A stretch of 64,000 nucleotides of DNA from the human T2T-CHM13v2.0 reference genome, Homo sapiens (GCF_009914755.1 NC_060933.1), one strand, 5' to 3'; counted from the stretch's first letter, positions 30,080 to 48,169 are shown. The notes: generated by a model not told the origin, from the sequence alone. Translations and numbers: made by a program.

Positions 30080-30499
30080 TGGTTGACCCTTGAACAACAC
30101 GGGTTTGAACGGTGAGGGTCCACTTATACATGAATTATCTTCCACCTCTGCCATCCTGAGACAGCAATACCAACTCCTCCTCTTTCCCCTCCTCCTTAGC
30201 CCACTCAACATGAAGATGATGAGGATGAAGACCTTTATAATGATCCACTTTCACTTAATGAATAGTAAATATATTTTCTCTTCCTTATGATTTACTTAAC
30301 ATTTCTTGTCCTCTATTCTTTGTTGTGAGAATACAGTATATAATACATTTGACATATTAAATATGTGTTAACCTTTTATGTTATCCATAAGGCTTCCAAT
30401 CAACAGTAGGCTGTTAGTAGTTAAGTTCTGGGGGATTCAAAAGTTATATGCACATTTTTAACGGTGTGGGAGTCAGCAACCTTAACCCATGTTATTTAA
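30080..30499. mobile_element. Tigger2a-like TcMar DNA transposon
   Basis: gttgacccttgaacaacacgggtttgaac...gaagatgatgaggatgaagaccttta...caacagtaggctgttagtagttaag. Confidence 0.85.
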
Positions 30500-30655
30500 T
30501 AATACACAGGTGGTTTAATTATAAACCCCTGTGTTTATAATACATAGTGTAACAGCTCTGCAAAACACAGGCAAGCTTGTATTGCAAAATTACAAATATA
30601 ATAAGCATGGGTCCATAAGAAGGAACCCATTTAAAGTTTTTTTAAGTACATTTAA

Positions 30656-30986
<331 letters not shown>

Positions 30987-32359
30987 TAGTACTCTACATA
31001 AAGTTCTTCCAACAAGAAGCCCACATAACTGTACTAATTTACTCAGAATTTATTTTGTGAGAAGATAGTATTCTAATGCTAATACAATTTTCAGAGCACG
31101 TATCCAAAACATTTACTAGACAACCAGCTGTAAAAGTAGGATATAGGGAGAGCTGGAAAGATGATGAGTCCCTTGTCCACATCCCACCCCACCCAGAGCC
31201 TATCAGGTCTCACAAGCTTTCTGGAACATTCCTTAGTCCCGGCACATAACACAGGTTTTTATTTATCTCTCTTGGTAGGGCTCCTCAGGTCAGAGATTCA
31301 AAGACTCACCCAACATAGGGCCTGACATGTCACCACATCCCAAGAAACATTGGAGAATAAATGATAATAAGTTTATTAACAAATAAACACAATTTCAACA
31401 AAAGGCCAGCCATGATTTTTAGCTCCAAAGATATGCCAGGAATACTTGAAATATATCATGTATTAAAATCAGCTTTAGCTGAAAATTTAAAAAAAAATGA
31501 GAAAAAGAATGTTAGGGAGAAAAAAACTATTTAAACATATTGAACTTTAGCAAAAGATCTATTTCACAATTTATTGTGAACAACTTTTCTACTCTCTCTT
31601 GCAAAACTACTGAGAAAATCAGTTCAAATGAGAAAAAGGAATGTTGAGTTGCGTAAACGGTGTTGTTTAAACATAAAAAATGTGAATGCCAGACTTTTGC
31701 CCCAGTAGCTCGCTGACTGCACCATAAAACCAATTTTCCAAATCATAGTTAGGTAGCTAAGATGAGAATGGCTTAGTTTTAGGGCTATTCATGTATAATT
31801 GGCAAGACTTTGGTGTGTACAAGAATTAAAATTCTGGAAGTTAAAAACCACCTGTACGGCTAAGTGGCTTTCCAAATGCTTGTAACAAGTGTAAACTCAT
31901 CAGAAAACTATGAAAACACCATTTCAATCCACTTTTGATATTATTGCAGGTTATTAAGTCTTGATTGTTTAATTTTTTTATATAACAATATCATCTTGTT
32001 TCAGTTTGCTTTGTTTTGATGGCTAAGTTTTCCTTTCATTATTAATTGAGCTCATTCTCTGCTTCACTTCTGTACTTCACTAAGTACACTTCCTGGTGCT
32101 TAAAGAATGTGACAAAGATCTCTGTCTTCTAACAGGGGAGGTGACACTACACAATAAATATAATAAATAAATGATGTAGTGTGTTAGAAGATAAGTTTAA
32201 AGGGAGGGAAAAGAAAAGCAGGCTAAGGGGCATTGGAGAAAGCTGCACTGGGAAGTGTTGGGCATTTTGTTGTATGAAATAAGGGCTCAGGGTAGGGTTC
32301 ATTGAGAAGGTGGGATGTGAACAAAGATTAGGACAAGTTAAGGAGAGGGCAGATAACTG

Positions 32360-32824
32360 CAGGGGGGGTTGGCATGGTGCAAGTGGCATCCCCATGACAG
32401 CTAGGGAAGTGAACTGCTCAGACTGCACTTCCAAAGAAACAAAAAAGCAAAACTTAGCTGTGAGAAGCACAATTAACTGGCAGCTCTTTCAGGGCAGCCC
32501 CTAGCTACTGAGCATGGTGACAACACCAGAATCTGGCAGTTTTGTCCACTGACTGCTGGGATGGGCAGTGTTGACTCCAGACCTGCCCATTAGGTTGGTT
32601 GAAACTGTCTGATCTACATCACAGTCTGACTCTCTCTCTCTGCCCAATTGTGCTTCCTTTCTACTTTCCTTTCAAAGGAAATATTATCACCATTGTCTAA
32701 AGGCTTTCCTTACCAAATCCTGCTTCCTCCCTTCTATTTTTCACAACTGATAACCATCAAAAAAAAAAAGACTACTATTCCTAACTGTTTTGGTGTCTGC
32801 TTCCCAGGTACCTGAACTTACACA
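32360..32824 (+). mobile_element. LTR16-like ERVL LTR
   Basis: ctctctctgcccaatt...cttcctttc...gtgtctgcttcccagg...cctgaacttacaca. Confidence 0.55.
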
Positions 32825-32895
32825 GTGACTGAACAACAAATAAGAGATTTACAAGGATGAGAAACTTGAGCTGTAAGCAGCAGGATGGAGGTTGA

Positions 32896-33276
<381 letters not shown>

Positions 33277-33524
33277 TAAAGTTTAATTGTTGCAGGCTGA
33301 AACTGTTTTTAAGTGTTTAATTGTGGGATGCTGAAATGCTTTCAATAATGAACATTTTTGTTACAATAAGGCACTGTTGTTATACTTTACAAAATGTCAC
33401 CACTCTACAAGCATCTAGAATTTGGAAAGAGGTTCTATGAGCATAAAATGTATGTCATAAATCACCAATCTACTTATTAACAATGGGAAAAGGAACAATA
33501 GCTCAATGACTAGGCAGGTACTGT

Positions 33525-34565
33525 GACTTCTATTGTTACGGTTTCTTTCTAATTTGGTCTGAAGCTCTCTCTCTTGACAATGGCCACAAGCCAAGATAGC
33601 CACTCTCTAGAAGAGCCCTGACTGGGGCGAAGTTAGCTTTGGTGTGTTGGTCAGGGGAGACACAACGAGGAAGTGAAGCCAAAATGCACGAAACAGAATA
33701 AATTTATTACTTATAGATCCCAGAGGTATTAGGGGTGCTGAGAAAGTCTGGAGGTGGCAGAGAGCTCAACCAGTGGGTGGAGAGAGAAAGAGACAGAGAG
33801 GGAAAATGGGAGAGCGAGAAAGAAGGAGACAGAAGGAGGGAGAAGGAGTGCAGTGGGAGAAAGAAGACAGGGGGAGAAGAAGGGAGGGAGAGAGAGGACC
33901 TGGGAGGCTATGCCTTTATTAAGGTCCATGATCACTATCCCTTAGGCTTTGGTGAAGAGGGCTGGGGATTGGCTAGTTTAAAGAAAACAAATGCAAAAGG
34001 GGAAACTACTTACTTGCCCGTGGTGTTGACCATTAGGTTTTATCATGGTCAGCATCTGTGGAACCTGCTGGGATTGGGGTTAGCAAGATGGGGAGCAGAA
34101 AGGCTATATCTCAAACAACCACAAGGGGAAATTTTTGAGGTTTTGTTTTTGTTTGTTTGTTTTAGAGACAGGATCTCACTCTGTCACCCATGCTGGAGTG
34201 CAGTGACATGATCATAGATCACTGACATGATCATAGCCCTCCTGGGCTCAAGTAACCCTCCTGTCTCAGCCTCCTGAGTAGCTGCCACTACAGGCACACA
34301 CCACCACACTTGGCTAATTTTTAAATTTTTTGTAGAGATGGCGTCTTGCTCTGTTGTCCAAGATAGTCTCAAACTCGGGGCTTCAAGCAATCCTCCCACC
34401 TCAGCCTCCCAAAGTGCTGGGATTACAGCCATGAGCCACAGCACCCGGCCGGGGGGGATGTTTTAATTAAGCCCAAGGTGATAGGGTACAACTGGGTTTC
34501 AAACAACTTATGTCAAGCCTAAAAATGGACGCCAAGACTACAACTATATTAAATAAATTTATGCA
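33525..34565 (-). mobile_element. MER54/MER74-like ERVL LTR with an inserted AluJ (~34140-34450)
   Basis: Reverse strand reads ataaatttatttaatatagttg...tccatttttaggcttgacataagttgtttgaaacccag...aataaatttattctgtttc. Confidence 0.6.
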
Positions 34566-34789
34566 GTGTGTGTTCTGCCTACAAGAAGCGGTTAAGTGAA
34601 ACACTTATTTTCCTTAATAGGATCCAGAATCAAACTTTGCCTATTATCGTATTTCTGACACAATGCCTGGTACAGAATAGGTGCTCAGAGAATATTTGCT
34701 GGATAGATTGATGTCTGCAGAACACTGTGAGTCAGGGTAGACAGATGTGAGTGAGGAGGATCAGAAAATGCCTAGGAAGTTTCCTAACA

Positions 34790-35260
34790 TGAACGTGCAT
34801 TCCATGAGCCTCTTTCTCTCACATACCACATCAATTCCATCAGCAAAGCCTGTCAGCTGTAGTTTCAATAAATCCAGAACCCAACCGCTTCTTACCGCTT
34901 GTACAGCTTCCACCCTGATATGAGTCACCACTCTCTTCTGAATTATTGCAATAACCTCCTAACTGGCTTCTTTCCATCCATCCTTGCCTTCCTCTAGGGA
35001 ATTCTCCATACAGTAATCAGAGCAATTCTTTCAAAACATAAGTCAGATCATGTCACTTCTCTGTCTTAAACCCTCCAATGACTTTCTATGTTACTCAGAA
35101 CTAAAACCGAAGCCTTTACAATGGCTCTCAGCCCACTGTCCCACCTCCCCTTGTCTCTCTCCTCCTTGCTTCCTTGGCTCCTTCACCTCCCCTCCTTGCT
35201 ATTCCTCCGATACACCAAGGATGCTCCTATACCATGGCCTGGCATCTGCACGTAATAAGT
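34790..35260 (+). mobile_element. L2 fragment
   Basis: tccatcagcaaagcctgtcagc...tcagatcatgtcacttctctg...aaaccctccaatg. Confidence 0.8.
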
Positions 35261-35404
35261 GCTATATAAATATGAACATTTACGGCTATTATTGCTGTTC
35301 CCTTTATTCAGTTCTCTCTCTTTCCCTAGCATTGGCATGACTGGCTTCCTTGCTTCGCACTACTCCAATATCACTTGATTAAGGAGACTTTTCTTCATTA
35401 ACTG

Positions 35405-36595
<1,191 letters not shown>

Positions 36596-37181
36596 GTAAA
36601 GCAATATTCCTTTTCCAGAGCACTATTCATCCTCTTCATGCATTTTCTTAAAATGGTGCTTATCATCTGATGTATAATTTTTTTATTTTTAGTGTATTAT
36701 CAGTTTATTATCATACTAGAATATAAACTCCATGGGTGCAAGGATTTCGTTCTGTTTCCTACTGAATCCTTAAAAATTATTTGTTGGACAAATGAATTGT
36801 CTAGTCTGGCATTTTTACACTGGATTTTTTAAGTCAGCAGCTGCTGTATCTCTCTTGCTCAGCCTCTTCCCTAAAACCATTTGATGGATTTCCAAAAATG
36901 CAAGCAATGCTTGTTATGAAGCATTTGGAATTTAATCTTGGCCCAATAGCTCTAGAAGCGAGGCTCCAGGCCTATCCTACAATGCCTTGCTGACAAGAGC
37001 TTCATCTTGATGGTTTTTGTGTCTTGGAGTAGGGGTGGAGGTCTTATTATCTAGCACGTCTAGTGTGCAGTTTTTCTAGAAATTCAAAACAAAATTTCAT
37101 CTTAACATTGTACTTCAGAAAAATGATATTGTGCAAACATTTTAATTAATTGACATCTAAAATCTACTGTTGCCACAACTG

Positions 37182-39412
<2,231 letters not shown>

Positions 39413-39975
39413 TGGAGAAATATATTCTTTTATATATCTAGAAAGTTTCTAAGAACTCAAAACAATGCTTACTTCTAGGGAGGTGGGAGGAGGACTTTTA
39501 TTTTCAATCAATCCCTCCCTTTCTACATTGGCTTTTTTTTTCCTTTTGCCACGAGCAAAAAAAAACTTTTTTTTTTTTGCATGCACTAATATATGTAAAG
39601 GCATCTCTCTCCTTTTTTTTCTGCAGACAGTAACAGTTGTAGCAGGAAACTTTTAATATTACAACTGTACAGCATATTTTAAAATATTTTCGCATTTTCT
39701 TACAACTGTTGTAAATTATAACTAAAATGACCTTACCATGTTTTCAAACAACATGTATAGAGTATCCACATTGTGCTAGCTCCTTCAGATAAGAAGATGC
39801 ACAGGACTGACTCAGCCCCTGTCTCATGGAGTTTAGAACTGAGTTAGGAGTCAGTCAGCATACACTATTGAGCACCTACTGTGTTCTAGGCACTGTTGTA
39901 GGTGAAAACAGTCATGAATACGAGAGTCAGTGTCTCTCCCTAAAAAGTAAGTGGCTTGCCTAGAAAAAAGGCTTA

Positions 39976-41180
<1,205 letters not shown>

Positions 41181-41456
41181 ATTGCATATTTAATTACTAT
41201 GAAGGGAGTTATGTGTTGTGAAAGGGGAAATATCAGGTTAGTGGAGGGAGAAGCTGGTCAAGGAAAGTTTCTTGAAAACATTAAACCCAAGCTCCTTGAA
41301 GCCACTGAAAACCAAGCAGTGACATTGTATTAGTGAGGATGCTGTCCCAGAGAAGTAATTTGTAATTGGTCATAGAGCTAGTGGCCTGACTAGAACTGTG
41401 TTTTATACTTGAACTAAATCAAATGTGCCACAGGCACAGTATAAAACAGAGGAGAA

Positions 41457-41745
<289 letters not shown>

Positions 41746-43037
41746 ATAATCTTTAAAACAAAAAACAGGGGAATAGTGGCACACCCTGGGACACAGACTC
41801 TGGAGTCATTCTGTCTGAGGTCACATTGTGGATTTGCCATTTACTACTGGCTGGGTTATTCCAGGGGCATTACTCAACATCTCTGTACTTCAGTTTTCTA
41901 TCTGTAAACGGACTTTCTACTAATAGCTAACTGCTTACAGACTGTTTATCATGATTTTACATACAATATTCAACTTCCCCCTCCAATAATCAATGAGTGA
42001 CATTATTATTCTCATTCTACTGCTGAGGATCCAGAAGCACATTCACCCATTCCACAAATATTTACTGTGCACCTGCAATGTGCCAGGCATGTTCATGGGT
42101 GAACACAGCAAAATCTTTGCCTCTGTGCAGCTTCAGTCTGGGGTTCACAGGAAAAGGAGAAAGATGATAAACAAGAGATACGTACATTACAGGGTAATTA
42201 TAAAGGGATACCCGCTATACAAGAAAACAGAGCAGGATAACAGAGATAGGAAGTTGGGATTTTAAGTAAGGCAGCCAGAACAGACCTCACCAAGAAGGCA
42301 ATATCTGAGCAAGGATGTTAAGGGAGCCGGGGGCAACCTAGAATCCACCAGTGGGGAGAGTAAGGCGACTCGGAGAAAGGCGAGGGGCTAATGCATCCGT
42401 TCTAATAACTCTGACTTTAACTCGGGGCTAGATGGGGAAACACTGGACAGTTCTACCCCGAGGTGTGACAGAACTTGACCTTCATTTTAAATCGGTCCAT
42501 CTGTTTAGGCTAGTGAGAAAAAACAATATTTGAACTCGGGCAGTCCAGCTCAGGAGTCTGTGCTGTCGGGATTAAAGAATCAGTCGACACCCCCAGGGCT
42601 GAGCCCCGCAGCAAGCGCCCCGCGGGTGCTGGCCCCCAGACTGTGGTTACCGCCATCCTTTCACTTAAACTCCGCCCCGATTACTCCCCCGCTCCAGGGC
42701 TCCGCATCCACTCTGCCGGGTCTCCACGTAGCGCTTCCCGGGCTACACATTGCGTAACTTCGGCAGCCGGGCGGAGCCTGCACAGAGGCGGAGCCGCGGC
42801 AGCCGGAGAGAACGCCCCAGCAATAGTCGCTAGGAGGAAGCCCCAGGAGCCCTTGCCGCCCACGGAACGCGCCTGCGTAATCCGGGTCCAGGCCGCCGAC
42901 ATTCCAGGACCGCCTTCCGCCCCGCCCCCAATTCTGGGGCGGAGTCCTCGGCCGCGCCGGCGCAAAGCGTCGCCGCACCCCACGCCTGCGCGCTTCGCCC
43001 GCCCGGCCCCATCCCCCCAGGTTTTTCGCGTGGGGGA

Positions 43038-43404
43038 GGGGGCACGTCTCGGCGAGTCACGATGATGGCGGCCACCATCCTGTGGTGAGCTAGCGGATTC
43101 CCTGCTTGTCTCGCCGACCCCCTCGCGCCTTCTGCAGACTCCGTGGCTGGCGCTCGGCGCGTGAGGAAGCACGGCGGCCCGAGTTCGCGGGGAAGGCCGC
43201 AGTCGCGGAGGCAGCGGCGCGGTCCGGGGCACGGGCTGGGGGAGAGGCCGCTCCGCTGGGCGAATGTGACAAGCCCCCACCCCCACCGCCTTCCTCCCCA
43301 GAGCGCGAGGAGCGCGGGCGACCCCGGGGCCCCGCCAGGCCACAGACCCCGCCCAGCGGCCAGCACCCGGCGCAGGCCCGGCAGCCGAGCTGCGCGGCGG
43401 CACC
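43038..43404 (+). other. RAD23B: Probable RAD23B 5' UTR (start site approximate)
   Basis: GC-rich stretch between the GC-box/YY1 core promoter and the ATG; the exact TSS cannot be read from sequence. Confidence 0.65.
43062..43088 (+). other. Upstream ORF MMAATILW*
   Basis: ATG ATG GCG GCC ACC ATC CTG TGG TGA; the second ATG has A at -3 and G at +4. Confidence 0.6.
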
Positions 43405-43470
43405 ATGCAGGTCACCCTGAAGACCCTCCAGCAGCAGACCTTCAAGATAGACATTGACCCCGAGGAGACG
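43405..43470 (+). CDS. RAD23B: RAD23B coding exon 1 (UBL residues 1-22, MQVTLKTLQQQTFKIDIDPEET)
   Basis: ATG in GGCACCATGC context inside a CpG island; peptide is the recognisable RAD23B N-terminus; donor ACG|GTATGC at 43471, phase 0. Confidence 0.98.
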
Positions 43471-43913
43471 GTATGCGCGCGGGCCGGGGGCAGGGGCAGC
43501 CGCGTGCGGGCCGCGGGGAGCGCCAGGAGCTCGTGGGGCCGGGCGGCGCGCTCCAGCGGGGGAAGCCCCGGAGGGCGCGATGAGGGCCCTGGGTCCTGGT
43601 GCCGGCCCTGGCGGCGTACAGCGGAGCCGATCCTCCTGTCTTGGCCGTGGGCTTTGTGGCAGGAGAATGGGGAAGCAGTGGCCGGACGCCGAAGGCCTGG
43701 TGGCAGATGGCGTGGAGCGCACGCCCGCGGGCCTGGGCCTAGGAGCTCGTGCTAGCGGGGCCGGAGGGGGATGGGAAGGTCCAGGCCGTCTCAGCCGTAG
43801 AGCCTGGCTTTCTGGTATGGGTGCACAGGTGGGGGAGGGAGACGTAGGCGTCGCCACTACCCCTGTGTGGACCTGGTTAGCCGCTTAGTTCCCAGAGTTG
43901 GTAACCCGAGAAG

Positions 43914-43962
43914 ATGAGCCTTAAGAAAAAAAAAAGTATCAGGTTCCGTTTGCCGCCGAGAG
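43914..43962 (+). other. RAD23B: 3' part of a candidate alternative first exon of RAD23B
   Basis: Consensus donor GAG|GTGAGT at 43963 at the island's 3' edge; ATG at 43914 with A at -3. Confidence 0.6.
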
Positions 43963-44544
43963 GTGAGTGGTGGTGAAAATGAATTTGCCCCTTTCCCCTC
44001 AGAATTGTTTACCCTTTTATTTGCAAATGAATCGTTCTGCTGCCTTCCTCCCGCCACCAAACCCACACCCTTGCGTAGATTGCACTTTGAGGCCTCTTTG
44101 GTGATGGTTTTAGCTGTTAGAGCTCTTCACAGCCATCCAGGCTCAAACTAAACTTCAGATTTAACGGGTTTTCTGTGTTAGAAATCTTGGAATTGTAGGA
44201 GTTGGAACGCTGCAGCCACCCTCCCCCGATGCCCCAAACAGTAGCAGTTCAAGGGGGAAAAAAGAAAAAAAAAACAAAAAACAACAACTTTGAATCCTTT
44301 CTGCAGTTAAAGCCTTAAACATTTCAGAAGTCCACATTATACATTTTTCTGTATTTGTGACTGCATAAAGAGACACTGTTGAGGTCAGTACAACTTTATG
44401 CCAAGAATCTAAAAACGCTGTGAGTGTAAATTTACTGCTTATGTTCGGAAATACACCGCCAAGATTGTCATAATACTAAGTTTAAACCAGCAGCTTTCTG
44501 CCCAACTCTATTTTTAAAAGTAGTTGATTCTATTTTGGGTGGAG

Positions 44545-44720
44545 ATCAGGGGCTTTGGTGTTAAGTAGACCTGAGTTCCATTTGTGGTTTTGTAACTTAT
44601 TTGCTATGACCTTGGGCAAATTACGCTTAGTTTCATTCTCTGTATAATAGGGATAATACCTGCCTTGCAGAGATGTGAAGATTAGATGGTATGTATTTAC
44701 TTGGTGGTCAGTAAATGGAA
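44545..44720 (+). mobile_element. MIR in RAD23B intron 1
   Basis: agacctgagttc...tgaccttgggcaaattac...ctgtataatagggataata...gtgaagattagatg. Confidence 0.75.
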
Positions 44721-46565
44721 TCGATTATTTAAACAATGGATTCCTTTGAGTGGAGATACAGTGTTACGTTTTACTTATCTCATTTAATCTTAAGTTTTGT
44801 ACATCTTTAATTTTTTAAGAAACAGCCTTTTTGGGATTTTGGTACAAAATTATTTGATTTCAGAATATTTATATGTGGGTGTATGCTGTGTGATTAACTT
44901 CTTAAAAGTACAGGAGATCTCAGTTATACATGAGAAACTTTTCAGTGTCCTCAGAAGTAATTGACAATACCCTGTGGACTGACAGTACTAATAGAATCTA
45001 ATTTCTCTTGAATATTTCTTTACTGCTTAATGTGCATTAATAAGTTGAAGGGTGAAAGTTAAAATGGAGTTTGTTTGATGATTTCAGACAAACTACGTAA
45101 AATGCCTATTTGACTTTGGTTCTTTGTGGTAACAAATGTTGGTGCCCCAGTAACTTAATCGGCTTATAATACTCAGTTAATTTCAGAATTATTGAAAGCT
45201 AAAGAAATATTGTGGCTTTTTGGTAAATATGTGTGGGTGTATTGAAGTTATGCAGTGACTCTGTCAACAGCTCCACTGAAGTATTTATGTTCTGTAAGAT
45301 TTGTTTAGCGTTTTAGGCACTTTACGCATACTGTTAACTGAGAGTCAATGCTGTACCTGTGTTTGTGTGAATTCTTAACTATTTTTGCTGTTTTCCAGTT
45401 TATTTCCAAGGAAAAGTAATATGTTATACGTCTGGAAGTATATTTTTGAAAAGCCCATTGTTAGGGAGCGGTTTCTACAGCTTTCGCTGCTATTTATATA
45501 AATATAATTTTGTTGCTGTTAGTATAAAAAAACTAATACTGTTAGTCCGGGGCAAGAAATTAAAGCATTTCCTCTGGGATATATGGAACGTTTGCATTTA
45601 ATGACTTGTCAGTTTTTATTTTAATGACTTTAGGAAATATTTTTCATGACAACTGTTTCAATTCTATGTTTGTAGTGGGTTTTAATTAGTATGTGTTTTT
45701 GATACGACACCTTAGAATTCCAGTAAGAAAATAAACAATGAAAATTATGTTTTCTAGGGCAACGCTAAGTGTCCTGTTTCTAAGTTGTTGTGAGAACGAG
45801 GTAACCAAGGATATTAGAAATAGATCTAAAATAAGATAGGATCTTATTGAGACCTGTTTTTGGTCTGGTCACAGATTTGTCCTTGTTTAATTTTTACCTA
45901 GAAGGAACCAAGGAAATTAAGTAACTTACGTAGCCAGTATAGCAACTCTTGTGAGCTTGAGATGAGCATGAGCAAAAATGGAAGAAAGGACTGTGAGATA
46001 AGTGGAATCATGGGAATGATTCATTTGTTGAACAAGTAAATGTTTAGTGAGCTTTGCTGGCAGGACTGGAGGAGTACAGGGACCTGTAGAACGTGGTCTG
46101 GGGCTTCTGGGAGCCTTATTGACTTAGTCAAAGCTCATTGGCTATAGAGTAGGGGGATATACAAAATGGAAAGAGCAAGATAATTTGTTTTAAGGTGTTT
46201 TTATTTGCCCTAGTTTTAACAAAACTTTCTTAGACTTATTAGGCATTTTGTACCATTTACTTGACTATTACTGTGATACATTACATGACCACTGCCTTTA
46301 GTGTTAATCTTTGCAAAGATCTTTTTGTTTCTACAATTGTAATGCAAGCCTTCTTATAAAATATTCAAACAATATAGAAACAAAATGAGAAGGTGGTATG
46401 TGTGGGGTAGGGAGACCATTGCTAGGAGATTTTCTTCATTATGTGCTTTTTTTGTTTTTTACTGTAAAAATTGTGGGAGACTTTTAAGTAGCCTACATAT
46501 TAAAGCATTTTGAGATGTGTGATAGAGCACTGCTTCTCTGAAATTCTTAAAAATTCTGAAGTTTA

Positions 46566-46941
<376 letters not shown>

Positions 46942-47356
46942 TTAGTGTTTTATATTACTGTTGCTTAAAAACATTAAGAAAGGTAGATTTAGGAATAAAC
47001 CTTTTGAGATAAAAAAAATACAGTGCAGTATTTTATTGCATCACTGAAATGGTGACAAGAAAAAGTATGTGATATACAAATTAATCCTGCAGTCTAACTC
47101 TTGACACTGTTTGCCTTGAACAACTAAAAACAAAACTCAGTAAATTTGAGATGAGACTTTAAATGCAAAAGCTGAAATGTGATTGGATTAGTATATAAGT
47201 GACATTAAAATTCTACATATACATTGGATGTTTTTGCTAAGAGAATTGCAAAGACATCAGTTTTAATATCTATAAATAGCATATTAGTGTGCTGTGAAGA
47301 ATTACCTAATTTCGTGGTTTACCTCTATAATGTGATTGTTACAAAATACTGCTTTA

Positions 47357-47633
<277 letters not shown>

Positions 47634-48169
47634 CTGTGTGTGTATATTGCTTTAGTACTTGCTCTGTATTATACAGTATTTACTAGCCATCATTTATTAG
47701 TGAAGTATTCCTGTGGTGGTTTATTGTATTTTCAATATAGTCATGCTAGATACAATTTCATATTATACAAGCTTCCTAGATTAAGGTAATGAGTAGTAAA
47801 TGTATTAAAAATACTATATCACAGAGGTGAAATTAAGAGTTCTTGGCATATTGGCAGAACAAGATACAGGAAGAAACTGAGAAATCTGGTACATTTTTGC
47901 CAGACTTTTGCTGTTTTGATGCCGTGCACACAGTAGGCATTTAGTAAAGATCTTTGAATGAACTGAATATATTCTTTTGGTGAACTGGCAAAGCAGTGAT
48001 CCCCCCACGTAGTGTGTTTGCATGTTGATTTATTTATTTAATAAATATTTGCTGTGTACTTACTAGATGTCAGGCCCTGCTGTGATGGTATGTGCATTCT
48101 AGTGGGATAAAACTGTCAAAAAATACATTTTAAAAACCAGGTAATGGTAAGTGCTATGCAGAAAGTTGA

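Larger units (their letters stand above)
42580..43960 (+). promoter_or_regulatory. RAD23B: CpG-island, apparently TATA-less promoter of RAD23B
   Basis: Sharp rise in GC and CpG; GC boxes (TCCGCCCC ~42671 and ~42917; GGGCGGAG ~42769 and ~42937); C/EBP-like ATTGCGTAAC 42749-42758; CACGTA 42725-42730; E2F-like TTTCGCG ~43024; YY1-like GATGGCGGCC 43064-43073. Confidence 0.93.

Noticed and set aside
30505-30537. Imperfect hairpin acacaggtggttta...taaacccctgtgt at the Tigger2a end
   Set aside because: Short, AT-rich and next to a transposon terminus; probably a local repair or insertion by-product
33735-34211. 158-aa ORF
   Set aside because: Spans a purine-rich part of an LTR and runs into an Alu; no coding signature
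42345-42358. CCACCAGTGGGGAG as a CTCF site
   Set aside because: Lacks the conserved GGC at the 3' end of the core; weaker than the listed sites
43471-43755. Continuation of the 116-aa ORF beyond ...DPEET
   Set aside because: Read-through into intron 1; the true frame splices at 43471 to exon 2
42643-43888. Many long overlapping ORFs on both strands (up to 257 aa)
   Set aside because: Expected from stop-codon scarcity in a very GC-rich island; Pro/Ala/Arg/Gly-rich with no recognisable domain
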